From assembly GCF_963921235.1 (NCBI RefSeq), contig NC_086108.1:23622001-23686000 (forward strand): a stretch of 64,000 nt of DNA, read 5' to 3'. This DNA comes from Mobula hypostoma. Its lineage: Eukaryota. Every line of letters starts with the position of its first letter. Position 1 is the first letter of the stretch. Both the position numbers and the translations under genes were made by a program. Shown piece by piece: positions 27,621 to 40,880 of the stretch. The notes below the pieces were generated by a model. The model was not told the origin of the DNA, did not search any database, and saw nothing but the letters and a program-made list of their open reading frames with translations.

Positions 27621-28752
27621 TATATAAAAACATAAGGGTTCATTTATAATCTAAATTTTAGATCATTAAGAAAGGGTCAGAAAGTGAGCATTTGTCCTCT
27701 TGATCGTTAGAAAATTAATAATGGAAACAAGGAGAATGCAGATATAGTGAACTGGTATTTTGCATCATTCATCACTATGTATGATGTCAGCAAATAGCTG
27801 TAAATCAGGAATTGAAAGTAAGAGAAGGAACTCTGGAAGGTTACAATCATCAGGGAAGTGGTACTGAGTAAATTGCTTGGCAAACTTGACATAAATGGAT
27901 CTTTTTCTGGTGTGAAGTATGTTTCCAGTGATTTGACAAAGGGACCAGTGCTCAGTTTGCTGATGAGACAAATGTAGGTATGAAAGTAAAACATATAGCT
28001 GGAAACTGAAAATAAAACAAAAAACCTTAGGAACACCCAATAGGTCAGGTAGCCCTAGAGAAAGATGTGTTTCATCAAATACTGTGTATCAGAATTGGGA
28101 AAAGTGAGAAAGTAAGTGAGTTTGAAAATGCAGTGATAGTAGGGTTTGACGGAACAAATGGAATATCTCTAACTGGATGAGATCAGGGTTGCTGGGTGAT
28201 CCCTCACTTCATGGAAGCATTTGGCTAATAGATTCATGAAGGAAGTTAATAAAAGTAAAGTACCTTTTAAATCACTTTAAACTCTTGGATTAATAAATTG
28301 CAAAGTGTGTTACTATTTGAAACGTTGTGTTAGTCAACATGAGGGATAATGGAGTTGAAAAAAAGGGAAACATATATCCAAATACTGTATTCCTGATTAT
28401 AGGACAGATTCACATACCGCTCAATAACACATCTCATGCTATTCTGGCATTTCCCCTTGCCTTTCTCAATATAACTTTCAACAGGTTCCTTTCTATAAGG
28501 ATGCTGTTTCAGCGAGTTGGTTTACTCAATGCATAACCACTGGAAGCAAGAGATTACAGCGGATTTCTAAATTTCTCACTCAGCAAACTATGTATTTTTG
28601 CTCCAGAAGTGAAATTTATAAACGCTGTCCGATTTAACCATTGTTGATCCTCCTCAATTTTCTGACGGTAAACTTCACGGAAACTTCCTCTTTCCTTTCA
28701 GGTAAATTCTGCAAAGGAATCAGTTGATAGAATATTCTCAGTATCTACTCAC

Positions 28753-28888
28753 ATGTATGTAGTATCAGGCTCAAGGCATCTGATTATTAATGATATTGAG
28801 CTTGACACTGTGTCAGGAACTTTCCCCAACATCACACATGGGGTCTTGGATCCAGAAGCAATGTCATCTACGAAACTCAACACAGATT
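28753..28888 (-). CDS. ASTN1: Internal coding exon of astrotactin-1 (FN3 region)
   Basis: Acceptor TTGTCCCTCTTTCTGCAG and donor GTGAGT. 136 bp, phase 1 to phase 2. Encodes (E)[44 protein letters not shown], colinear with the vertebrate ASTN1 sequence [15 protein letters not shown]...VPD.....[13 protein letters not shown] as I recall it. ASTN1 versus ASTN2 is assigned from memory. Confidence 0.87.
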
Positions 28889-29884
28889 CTGCAGAAAGAG
28901 GGACAATTAAGGATTAACAAATTAGTTAAGTAATCAATCAGAGCCAAATATATTAACAAGGAACCGTGTGGTTAATAGCACCTGACACCGTTCATTCTAA
29001 TGTTTCTGTTGAACATCATGGCCACTGAAATGACAACAGATTAACATGAAGGTTACGCACTAAATTTGTGAAGAATTTGAAGTCTAAACACTTCCACATT
29101 CTATTCGAGGTAAGTATCAAGGTAAGAACTTAACCTTCATGGGAACATGTTTCAAATTAGCAGGGGGATACTTTGTCCAGTTTGATAAGTACAGTTGTCT
29201 CCTCATAGGAATGTGGCAAAAATTCACTTCTAACAGCTACATATCATGGGTTGTGTAAGACCAGTGACAAAGAGGTCAAAGAGAGGGTCTGTGGCAGAGG
29301 ACTGAAACAAAAACTGAAAGGGATGATGAGTAATGCACACAAAATGCCCGAGGAACTCAGTGGATCAGACCCCATCTATGGAGAGGTTTTTGGGCTGAGA
29401 CCCTTCAACAGGACCTGAACCTTCAACCGTTTATTCATTTCCATAGATGTTCCCTGACCTGCTGAGGTCGTCCAACACTTTGTGTGTGTTACTCTGGATT
29501 TCCAGTATCTGTAGAATCTCTGGCGTTTCTCATCTCTGTGAGTGAAGGGACAAATGTAGGCTTTCCAATAATAATTAAGCATGGAAAAGATACGTAAAGG
29601 ATGTGTAATTATATATGTTCAATGGGGCCCTCCAAAAGGATGTAAATCCAAAATCCTGTGGATGCCTCTGGCACAACAGAGATCACAGCAAACAATCATT
29701 CAGTTCTGCCTTCAAACCAAAGCTGTCCATTGGCCAGATAGTTGTGAATTGGAAAAATTTGCAGGTCCAAGGTACAAAAAGGATAAAACAGTTGATGAAA
29801 CACAGGATCTCTTTATTCAAGATCAATGTACATTGATTATCATTGTATATGGTATACAACCATATGGTTTATTCTTCAGCAGCT

Positions 29885-32800
29885 TGAATGGGGCGTGACT
29901 GCACAAGCGCGTGGAGGTTGGCCAGTGAGAACAGTGGGAAGAGTTTAAAAGGAAGACAGATTTACAGAGAGGGCATCAGAGTAGGAAGGCTTTGGCTCAA
30001 TGGGGCTTCGGCAATAAAGGGTCAAAGCCAGGTAGGTTATCTATTTAAAATAAAAACAGTAAGTATGTGTGTGAGGCCGGTTTTCTGTGCTCAGTGTCAG
30101 ATGTGGGAGGTCCTGGAGACTCCTAGCCTCCCAAGCGACCATATCTGCACCAGGTGTGTCGAGCTGCAGCTCCTTAGAAACTGCATTAGAGAACTGGAGC
30201 TGCAGCTTGATGACGTTCGTCTGGTCAGGGAGAGTGAGGAGGTGATAGAGAGGAGCTATAGGTAGGTAGTCACCCCGGGACCACAGGGGACAGATAAGTG
30301 GGAAACACTCAGGAGAGGGAAGGGCAAGAAGCAGGTGCTAGAGAGTACCCCAGTAGCTGTCCCCCTTAACAATAAGTACTCCTGCTTGAGTATTGATGGG
30401 GGGGGATGACCTACCTGGGGGAAGCAACAGTGGTTGCACACCTGGCCCAGAGTCTGGCCCTGTGGCTTAGAAGGGTAGGGAAAGGAAGAGAAAGGCAGCA
30501 GTGATAGGGGACTCTATAGTTAGAGAGTCAGATAGATGGTTCTGTGGATGCAGGAAAGAAATGAGGATGGTAGCTTGCCTCCCAGGTACCAGGGTCCGGG
30601 ATGTTTCTGATCACGTCCACGATATCCTGAAGTGGAAAGGAGAACAGCTAGAGGTCATGGTACATATTGGTATCAATGACATAGGTAGGAAAAGGGAGGA
30701 AGTCCTGAAAACAGACTACAGGAAGTTAGGAAAGAAGTTGAGAAGCAGGACCTCAAAGGTAGTACTCTTGGGATTACTGCCTGTGCCACGTGACAGTGGA
30801 TATAGGAATAGAATGAGCTGGAGGATAAATGTGTGGCTGAGGGATTGGAGCAGGGGGCAGGGATTCAGATTTCTGCATCATTGGGACCTCTTCTGGGGCA
30901 GTTGTGACCTGTACAAAAAGGATGGGTTGCTCTTGAATCCGAGGGGATCAATATCCTGGCGGGGAGGTTTGCAAAGGCTATTGGGGAGAGTTTAAAGTAG
31001 AATTGCTGGGAGGTGGGAACTGAACTGAAGTGACAGAGGAAAGGGAGGATGGCTCACAAATAGAGAAAGTTTGGAGACAGTGCAAAAGGGAGGATAGGCA
31101 GGTGATAGAGAAGGGACACACTCAGTCCACTGGTTTGAGATATGTCTATTTTGATGTGAGGAGTATTATGAATAAAGCAGATGAGCTTAGATTGTGGATC
31201 AGCACTTGGAGCTATGATGTTGTGGCCATTACAGAGACTTGGATGGTGCAGGGGCAGGAATGGCTACTTCAAGTGCCAGGCTTTAGATGTTTCAGAAGGA
31301 CAGGGAAGGAGGCAAAAGAGGTGGGGTCATGTCACTGTTGATCAGAGATAGCATCACAGATGCAGAAAAGGAGGAAGTCATGGAGGGGTTGTCTACAGAG
31401 TCTCTGGGGGTGGAAGTTGGGAATAGGAAGGGGTCAATAACTCTACTGGGTGTTTTTTTATAGACCACCCAACAGTGACAGGGACATCGAGAAGCAGATA
31501 GGGAGACAGATTCTGGAAAGGAGTAATAATAACAGGGTTGTTGTGGTGGGAGATTTTAATTTCCCAAATATTGATTGACATCTCCCTAGAGTGACGGGTT
31601 TAGATGGGGTAGTGTTTGTTAGGTGTCTTCAGGAGGGTTTCTTGACACAATATGTAGATAAGCCTACATGAGGAGAGGCTGTATTTGATCTGGTATTGGG
31701 AAATGAACCTGGTCAGGTGTCAGGTCTCTCAGTGAGAGAGCATTTTCGAGATAGTGATCACAATTCTATCTCCTTTACCATAGCATTGGAGAGGGATAGG
31801 AACAGACAAGTTAGGGAAACGTTTCATTGGAGTAAGGGGAAATATGAGGCTATCAGGCAGGAACTTGGAAGCATAAATTGGAAACAGATGTTCCCAGGGA
31901 AACAAATGGAAGAAATGTGGCAAATGTTCAGGGGATATATGTGTGGGGTTCTGAGTACGTACGTTTCAATGAGACACGGAAAGGATGGCAGGGTACAAGA
32001 TCCATTGAATACAAAGGCTGTTGTAAATCTAGTCAAGAAGAAAAGAAGAGCTTATGAAAGGTTCAAAAAACTAGGTAATTATAGGAATCTAGAAGATTAT
32101 AAATTAGTAGGAAGGAGCTTAAGAATGAAATTAGGAGAGTCAGAAGGGGCCATGAGAAGGCCTTAGTGGACAGGATTAAGGAAAACCCCAAGGCATTCCA
32201 CAAGTATGTGAAGAGCAAGAGGATAAGACGTGAGAGAATAGGACCAATCAAGTGTGACAGTGGAAAAGTGTGTATGGAACTGGAGGAAATAGCGAAGGTA
32301 CTTAATGAATACTTTGCTTCAGTATTCGCTGTGGAAAAGGATCTTGGTGATTGTAGTGATGACTTGCAGCAGACTGAAAAGCTTGAGCATGTAGATATTG
32401 AGAAAGAGGATGTGCTAAAGCCTTTGGAAAGCATCAAGTTGAATAAGTCGCCGAGACCTGATGAGATGTACCCCAGGCTACTGTGGGAGGAGATTGCTGA
32501 CCCTCTGGCAATGATGTTTGCATCATCAATGAGGACGGGAGAGGTTCCGGAGGATTGGAGGGTTCGGGATGTTGTTCCTTTATTCAAGAAAGGGAGTAGA
32601 GATAGACCAGGAAATTATAGACCAGTGAATCTTATCTCAGTGGTTTGTAAGTTGATGGAGAAGATCCTGAAAGGCAGGGTCTATGAACATTTGGAGAGGC
32701 GTAATATGATTAGGAATAGTCAGCATGGCTTTGTCAAAGGCAGGTCATGCCTTACGAGCCTGACTGAATTTTTTGAGGATGAAAGTAGAGCCATAGACAA

Positions 32801-33943
32801 GGTACGCCATGCGGACTTATTGAGAAAGTAAGGAGGCATGGGATCCAAGGGGACATTGCTTTGTGGATCCAGAACTGATTTGCCCACAGAAAGCAAAGGG
32901 TGGTTGTAGACAGGTCATATTCTGCATGGAGGTCGATGACCAGTGGTGTGCCTCAGGGATCTGTTCTGGGACCCCTACTCTTTGTGATTTGTATAAATGA
33001 CCTGGATGAGGAAGTGGAGGGATGGGTTAGTAAAATTGCTGATGGCACAAAGATTGAGGGTGTTGTGAATAGTGTGGAGGGCTGTCAGAGGTTATAACAG
33101 GACATTGATAGGATGCAAAACTAGGCTGAGAAGTGGCAGATGGAGTTAAACCCAGATAAGTGTGAGGTGGTTCATTTTGGTAGGTCAAATATGATGACAG
33201 AATATAGCATTAATGGTAAGACTCTTGGCAGTGCGGAGGATCAGAGAGATCTTGGGGTCTGAGTCCATAGGACACTCAAAGCTGCTTCACAGTTTGACTC
33301 TGTGGTTAAGAAGGCATACGGTGCATTGGCCTTCATCAACCGTGGGATTGAGTTTAAGAGCCGAGAGGTAATGTTGCAGCTATATAGGACCCTGGTCAGA
33401 CCCCACTTGGAGTACTGTGCTCAATTCTGGTCACCTCACTACAGGAAGGATGTGGAAACCTTAGAAAGGTTGCAGAGGAGATTTACAAGGATGTTGCCTG
33501 GATTGGGGAGCATGCCTTATGACAACAGGTAGAGTGAACTCAGCCTTTTCTCCTTGGAGTGACGGAGGATGAGAGGTGAGCTGATAGAGGTGTATAAGAT
33601 AATGAGAGGCATTGATCATGTGGATAGTCAGAGGCTTTTTCCTAGGGCTGAAATGGCTAACACAAGACGGCATAGTTTTAACGTGCTTGGAAGTAGGTAC
33701 AGAGGAGATGTCAGGGATAAGTTTTTTACATAGAGAGTGGTGAGTGTGTGGAATGGACTGCCGGCGGCGGTGGCGGAGGTGGAAACAATAGGGTCTTTTC
33801 AGAGACTCCAAGATGGATACATGAAGCTTAGAAAAATAGAGGGCTATGGGTAAAGCCTAGGTAGTTCTAAGGTAAGGACATGTTTGGCACAGCTTTGTGG
33901 GTCGAAGGGCCTATATTGTGCTGTAGGTTTTCTATGTTTCTGT
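29885..33943 (+). mobile_element. Near full-length CR1 LINE, pseudogenised
   Basis: ORF1 CAQCQMWE..CTRCVELQLL and esterase IGDSIVR..HIG.NDI..DGL; ORF2 endonuclease and RT motifs (SQHGFVKGRSC, GVPQGSVLGP); tail TTCTATGTTTC. Confidence 0.92.
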
Positions 33944-35214
33944 GTAACCCTGAGAAACGTCTTCCTGCAGTCACTTTGTAAAAAAGCACTTCAGTTTGTC
34001 ACTTCGAAATAAGACCTCAGTCTTGGCCACAGAAATAACTTCGACTTCCATAAGTTTCTCCATTCTACAATGCAATCCTTTTAAGACTCGATAGCGAATT
34101 GACAAGATTTTTGCAGAAACACCAATGGTCAAACTACTTGCAGTACCTGATCCAAAAGTGAGCAAGTTACTTACTGCTTCTGCATCTTTCCCTATCTGTT
34201 AATGAGAACAATATGGTCAAACTATGCAGAACAATAATGCTTCATACACTGTCAATTCTCTTTGATGCAACAGTAGACCATTGTGTTACTTGGGCTGTCT
34301 TTTGTCAGATGTGAACATAGAACAAGAAGTTGGCCATGAATTCAGTTGTCTGTTTGAGAACAATAGAACAGCAATAGTAATTAAATGATTAATGCAGGGT
34401 TACATTATTCTTTCAATGTTTTTACGTTAGATGTTCTTCAACAATCAAATATTGGTGAACCATCACCAGCTGCAAATCATCTCATAAAAGTCTTTGTTTC
34501 CTTATACTTTGAAAGAAGGATTTTTTTTCAGCAGTGATAACAGGATCTGTTTACGTTTAACTGCATTACTTAAATACAGTAAGTGCTGAAGTCAATTTGA
34601 GACAGCTGACAATTGTTCAGGAATGGCTTTTGAATCTTAGGTGATTTGTGAAAATTTCACCAAAGCTACAATCTATAGACAGGATTCTACTGTACTGTAT
34701 ACAGAATTAAGATCAGAAATAGCTGGAAATATTTAATAGGTCTGGCAGTACCTGTTGAGAGAGAGAAACAATTAAGAGTTTTATGTTGCAGAGAAGTGTG
34801 AGGGATGCAGATAATAGAAGCAACGTCTACAATGGAGTGGAGAGACTGAATGATACATGAAGAATTTTTATTTCTTCTCACCATATGTCTCATTCTATCA
34901 CTCATTCACACTTAAACTTCTTAACTGTCTTTGTTTTTTTTGCTTCTTTGCATCATGACTCCTTGAACCCCCAAATTACATCAATGGTCAGAAGTCCTTT
35001 AGAGAGCATATTGCAGTAGAAATGGACAGTTGAAATGTAATTGGTTCTTAACGATTCCTTCATGGAATTTGTCAAAGACTATAAAAGCAACTGATGAAAA
35101 TCTTACATCTGGGATGTAACATCTTCTTATCTCTTGAGTTTTTGTTAGCAGAGGAACTTTCTTCCAAAAATTACTTTCACTGTAGACCTAATACTAGGAC
35201 TTCTTTTCATGTTA

Positions 35215-36120
35215 TACAATGATTTGGATGATAGAATTATGACTTTATGGCAAGCTTACAGATGATATGAAGATATGTGGAGGGCAAGTAGTTTTGAGGA
35301 AACAGGGAGTCTGCAGAAGGACTTGGACAGATTAGGAGAATGGAAAAAGAAATGGCAAATGGAATACAGTGTCGAGAAGTGTATGGTCATGCACTTTGGT
35401 TGAAGGAATAAAAACATAGACTATTTTCTAAGTGAGGAGAAACTTCAAAAATCCAAGTGCAAAGGGACTTGTGAGTACTCATGCAGGATTCTATAAACGT
35501 TAATTTGCAGGTTGAGTCAATGTTAGCATGCATTTCAAGAGGACTAGAATATAAAAGCAAGGATGTAATGTTGAGGGTTTATAAAGCACTGCTGAAGCTT
35601 CACTTGGAGTATTGAGAGCAGTTTTGGGTTCCTTACTTAAGAAAGGATTTGCTGATATTGGACAGGGTTCAAAGGAGGTTCACGAGAATAATTCTGAGAA
35701 TGAAAGGCTTATTGTATGAGGAGTGATTGATAACTCTGGGCCTTTGCTCACTGGAATTTAGAACCTATAGAATGTCGAAAGGCCAAGATAGAGTGGATGT
35801 GAAAAGGATGTTTTGAATAGTGGGGAGAAGTCAAGGACCAGAGGCCACAGCTTCAGAATTGAGGGACATCTATTTTGGAACAGAGATGAAGAGAAATTTC
35901 TTCAGCTCCAGAGTAGTGAATCTGTGGAATTCATTGCCGTAGGTGGCTGCGGAGGTCATTGGGTGTTTTTAAGGCAGAGGTTGATAGGTTCTTGATTAGT
36001 GAGAGTGTGAAAGGTTATGGGGAGAAGCCAGGAGAATGAAGTTGAGAGGGAAGTAGATCAGCCATGATGAAATGGCAAGCAGACTCGATGGGGCAAATAG
36101 ACTAATTCTGCTCCTGTGTC
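35215..36120 (+). mobile_element. CR1 3' fragment (older)
   Basis: DD.KI, LQKDLDRL, HLEY, RVQRRFTR, RTRGHSFRI motifs with stops. Confidence 0.8.
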
Positions 36121-36649
36121 ATTGTCCTATGTGCAATTTTACCAATTATTTTGAATCTTCATTGAGAAAATATTGTCCTATACAGTGCAGTAAACTAGTT
36201 ACATGCCTTATTAAGAAAAGGAAATTACAACTCCTTCATTTTATTTTTTCTTCATTGTATTACAATAGAGGCTGTATAACATAAAACAGAATTTTATGGG
36301 TTATAAAGTGTCCTAATATATGTTGAAAGGCATTACAAGATGTTAATCACCTTCTTTACTGTGTTCATTTCCAAGACAGAAACAAATTCTCCACTGAAAA
36401 TATTAATAAGATGAAGATGCTGAAGACCTGAAAGAAACAGAAATGCTAGAAACACTCAGCAGGTTAGTAGCACTTCTAGACAGAGAAACAGAATTAAAAG
36501 TTTCAAGCCTGGCATTGAAACTGGGGAGGTGAGAGCAGAAGAGGGTGAGGAAAGGATGAATAGGACAAAGGGAATGAACTGCAAAAGTGAGAACAGGCTC
36601 CAATGGTTGAGAAGCTGTTGATGAAGCTATCTGATTGAAAGGACAAACT

Positions 36650-37045
36650 AGAGAAAATATGCAGATGCTGGAATTCCAAGCAACACACACACAGTGCTAG
36701 AGGAACTCAGCAGGCCAGGCAGCATCTATGGAAAAGAGTAAAGTTGACATTTCAGGTCAAAACCCTTCAGCAGGACTGGAGAAAAATGATGAGGAGTAGA
36801 TTTAAAAGCTAGGGGAAGGTGGGGGTGGGGTGGGAAGAAACACAAGGTGATAGGTGCACCGGGGGGTGGGGTGAAGTATAGAGCAGGGAGTTTGATTGGT
36901 GAAGGAGATACAGGGCTGGAGAGGGGGGATATAATAGGAGAGGACAGAAGGCCATGGAAGAAAAAGGGGGGAGGAGCACCAGAGGGAGGTGATGGGCTGG
37001 CAAATAGTTGTGAGAGAGGGAAAAGGGGATGGGGAGTATCTGTAT
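36650..37045 (-). mobile_element. Penelope-like pseudo-LTR fragment with variant hammerhead (CUGCUGA)
   Basis: Reverse complement of 36741-36778 is CAGTCCTGCTGAAGGGTTTTGACCTGAAATGTCAACT; same downstream terminal sequence as the other copies. Confidence 0.75.
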
Positions 37046-37049
37046 TATA

Positions 37050-37365
37050 AGAACATAAGAAATAGGAGCAGGAGTAGGCCATCAGTCCCATCAAGCCTGC
37101 TCTGCCATTCAATAAGATCATGGCTGATCTGGCCATGGACTCATCTCCACCTCCCTGCCTCTTCCTCATAACCCTTAATTCCCCTACTATGCAAAAATCT
37201 ATCCAACCTTGTCTTAATTATATTTACTGAGGTAGCCCCCACTTCTTCATTGGGCAGAGAATTCCACAGATTCACCACCCTCTGAGACAAGCAGTTCCTC
37301 CTTATCTCCATCCTAAATCTACTCCCTTGAATCTTGAGGCTATATCCCCTAGATCTAGTCTCACC
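37050..37365 (-). mobile_element. CR1-type 3' end fragment
   Basis: (GAACATAA) tail and TRGYSLKI...VVNLWNSL on the minus strand. Confidence 0.7.
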
Positions 37366-37825
37366 TATTGGCTGAAAACAATTGTGGCTTTGTAATCAAC
37401 ATTCCTTTAAGAATTGTGTCATTTGATGAATGACTCTCCAGCCTAGAACAAAATGTATATAAGATTCTAGAGACTATCTGTGATAAGCGCTTGACATGAT
37501 GAAGGGTCTCAGCCCAAACTGTCAACAGTTTATTCTTGGCAGATAGAAAGCCAAGTCCAATAACATTGAAAGGTGGAGGACTGGACTAAATGGCTCAAGC
37601 CCAGTATGTCACAATAAATACATTTTCTAAATAGAGGGAAAAGGTAAAAAAAACAGAATGAGATTGTATGCGATTGCAAGATAGTGACTGTCAATGCATT
37701 AATTTGGAAACCACTTTTTTCAGAATAGAATCACCATCAGTAGTTTATATCCTCTAGAAATTACACTGCCTGTATTGATCGTCTTTCGCTATGATCTAGT
37801 CTCCCTTCTGTGGGCTTTATTCTAA

Positions 37826-38245
37826 TTACTTACTTACTTACTGCCTGTTATGCATTGGCATTTAGGGCAGCAATGAAGATCCTCCACCTCAGGTCTTCCT
37901 TCATCATGTCAGTAGCTTCCTCTCAGTTTTCACTACTGTCAGTCACGCAAGCCCCGGGTGGAGACTCAGGAATATCATCACACTCAAATGTAGAAGGATT
38001 CTTCATTGTTGTTTCTGAAACAGTTTTGTTTTACCAGTCAGGGTTGTTAGCTTTGAGCTGAACCCCCGAACCTGGAAGACCGGAGGACCACTCTTAACCT
38101 GCCCTCCACCCTTTGACCTGTTTGGCATGGATGACCCTACCAAGAGCCAAAGCATAAAGCCCTGACTCCAGCTAACATAGCTCTCTGGGTCATTGAGATA
38201 TGCAAGCCCTTTAAACCACAACACGGTTGTGGTCCTCTTGGAGGT
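37826..38245 (-). mobile_element. Short non-coding RTE-related element with (TAAG)n tail
   Basis: Homologous to the element split by the Gypsy at 47745-47977 / 52428-52625; (CTTA)n at 37826. Confidence 0.65.
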
Positions 38246-38611
38246 TTATTCTAATTGTTTGGATACTACTGACCTACTACCCTACGTGCAGAGGCTGTGT
38301 GCCCTCATTGCCAATACTTAAAAAGTCTTACTGCTCTGAACTAATGCACTTGTACTAAATGATTCCCACTGCAATAACAGTGGGGCATGGTGAAGGAAGG
38401 GGTGGGGGGGGGGGGAAAACATTACCAGAAGTTCACCTATCACCTTGTGGTTCTCCCCTTCCCCCACCTTTTAAATCTGCTCCTCAACTTTTTTTCTCTC
38501 CAGTCCTGCTGAAGGGTTTTGGCCCAAACGGTCGACTGTACTCTTTCATAGATGATGTCTGGCCTGCTGAGTTCCTCCAGCATTTTGAGTGTGTTGTTTG
38601 AAAGGACAGTT

Positions 38612-38932
38612 GGGGGGGGGGGGGGAGAGGGAGAGAAGGAGAGAGGGAGAGAGAGGGGGAGAGAGAGGGAGAGAGAACGTGGAGGAGGAGAGAGAGACAG
38701 AAGAAACAGAGGGACATATAAATGTTCACAAATACAGATCAGAGCAGTAGGGGAAGAAAGAGAAAGGGATAGGAGAGGAGGCAGAAGAGAGAGAGAGGGA
38801 GAGGAAAGGGGAGAGAAGGGGAGAGGGGGAAGGGGAAATGGAAGGGGAGGATGAGAAAGAGGGGAGAGGTGCATGAGAGGAGAAAAAGAGAGGAAGAGCA
38901 GGAGAGAGAGAGAGAGAGAGAGTGTGAGAGAC
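38612..38932. repeat. GA-rich low-complexity / microsatellite tract
   Basis: Poly-G followed by imperfect (GA)n. Confidence 0.9.
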
Positions 38933-39899
38933 AGGCAGATGAATGAGAAAGTGCCATGATGAGGGCCATGACTAGTGGAGATAAAAGTGTGGCCAAGGTA
39001 AGCTTGGAGAAATTGACCTTTTGGAATGTTGAACTGGGAGGGGAAGAAAAGATAGGCCTGGTGGTAGAAGCTCACCAAAGGTGTAAGAAACTTCAAAGAA
39101 TTATCCATTGAATGTCAAGGATGGTGGGGTGGGAAATCAGGATTGGATGTACAAAATAGATGAGCTATGGATAAAAATATTCTCGCAGTTAAAGCAGAGG
39201 GAAAAGTCAGAACTAAGGGAAATGAGTATCTTTCAAAGATACCTGTGTGAGAAATCTCATCATCAGAATAGACAGATGGAAGAATTGTCATTGGAGAGAG
39301 TCCAGAGGAGGTTCACAAAAATTATTCCAGGAATGAAGGGGTTAACATATGAGGAGAGTTTGGCAGCTTTGGGCCTGTACTCACTGGAATTTAGAAGAAT
39401 GCGAGGAGATCTCATTGAAAGCTACCAAATATTGAAAGGACTATATAGGGTGGATGTGGAGAGATGTACAGGGTTTATTGGGATCTGGGATCAGCTATAT
39501 GGAATGGTGGAGCAGACTTGATGGGCTGAATGGCCTGATTCTGCTCCTATGTCCTATGATCTTATGGAGTTTTTACAGAAAGCATGGTTGAAGGAGGTCA
39601 AATCACAATAGCTCCAGGATTTTGTACTGACTTGTGGCCGAAATGGAGACGAAGAGATTCAGAAGTGTTAGAGGTGGCCCAATGGATTCTGCATTACTGC
39701 AGGAATCAGAAGAAAACGGATGTTCCAAATTTGGCAAAACAGTTACTCCAACTTGCTATAAAGTTGTTCAATCAAAACCCAGAGGAATTGAAATTAACAT
39801 GGCTATTAGTTTGTATTCAAAAGATTTTGCACACATTAACCTACCAGCCCCACCCCAAATAAATGACTGACCATGCTATATGTCTGCCTATGAGACTTG

Positions 39900-40880
39900 G
39901 GCTACGTCCACACTACGCCGGATAATTTTGAAAACAAAGATTTTTCTCTTCGTTTTGACCTTCCATCCACACTGAAACGGCGTTTTCAGCCCCCCAAAAC
40001 GGAGATTTTCAGAAAAGGTCTCCAGAGTGAATAAATCTGAAAACCGTCTAATATCCGTTGCAGTGTGTATGGGGTAACTGGAGCTCTTTAAAACCGCTGT
40101 CATGACGTGCCGGAACAGATGGTGACAGCGCAGCATTTCATTATTTTCTTCTTCTTCTTATTATTATTATTATTACTACTACTTTATTGTTGCCACAGAA
40201 TTGATACTAGAGCATACAAGCATCACAGCCAGATTTGATTCTGCGCTTCGCGGAACCTAACAATTTCAGAACAGAAGGCAACGAGACTGAAGCCAGAAGA
40301 GTTAGAAATGTACTCACCAAATACTTTGACCCATAGCTTACTGAATAAATAAGTATACTCGCTTTGCCCTGTTTTCTGTCCTTGCTTGTATGAAGATGCT
40401 TTACCTATTTATGCAAGTACTTCTCTGACAATAGATATGTAACAGCCTAATGTAACATTGTATGGAAATACAAGATAGCACTGATGCAGACATGTTTTAT
40501 ACATTTAACAAGGTGCTTTATTAATGCAACAGTTTTTCAATGTTCGTCATCAGCTGGGTCATACTGTCTGTGAACTCCCTGTTGGTTGCCTCCATACGCT
40601 CCAGTATTTGTTCTTTTTAGTTTTAAGTCCTCCTGCGCGAGAGCCAAGAGCAATTCCTTTTAAGTTTTTCTACTCTGTAACTGGACAAACGCGCACCAAG
40701 TATATCGTTTCCTCTTCGCTTGTTTTCTGTGTGTCCTGCGCATGCCCAGTAGGAGGAGATTCGCCCAAATATCTGTCTAATGTGGACGGAGATATTTTGA
40801 AAAACGCTTAGTGTGGATGCCTATCGTTTTTACTTGAAACCGGCGTTTTCAAAATTATCCAGCATAGTGTAGACGTAGCC
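39900..40880. mobile_element. Non-autonomous DNA transposon (PIF/Harbinger-like MITE)
   Basis: TIRs GGCTACGTCCACACTACGCCGGATAATTTTGAAAAC and GTTTTCAAAATTATCCAGCATAGTGTAGACGTAGCC; no ORF. Superfamily is inferred. Confidence 0.8.

Noticed and set aside
28418..28504. Possible small exon (HPYRKEPVES...) near the ASTN1 exon
   Set aside because: Poor polypyrimidine tract, phase incompatible with the ASTN1 exon, no homology.
38440..39108. 222-aa and overlapping ORFs
   Set aside because: Artefacts of the GA-rich low-complexity tract.
39584..39870. Two overlapping plus-strand ORFs in unique DNA
   Set aside because: No recognisable domain or splice support.
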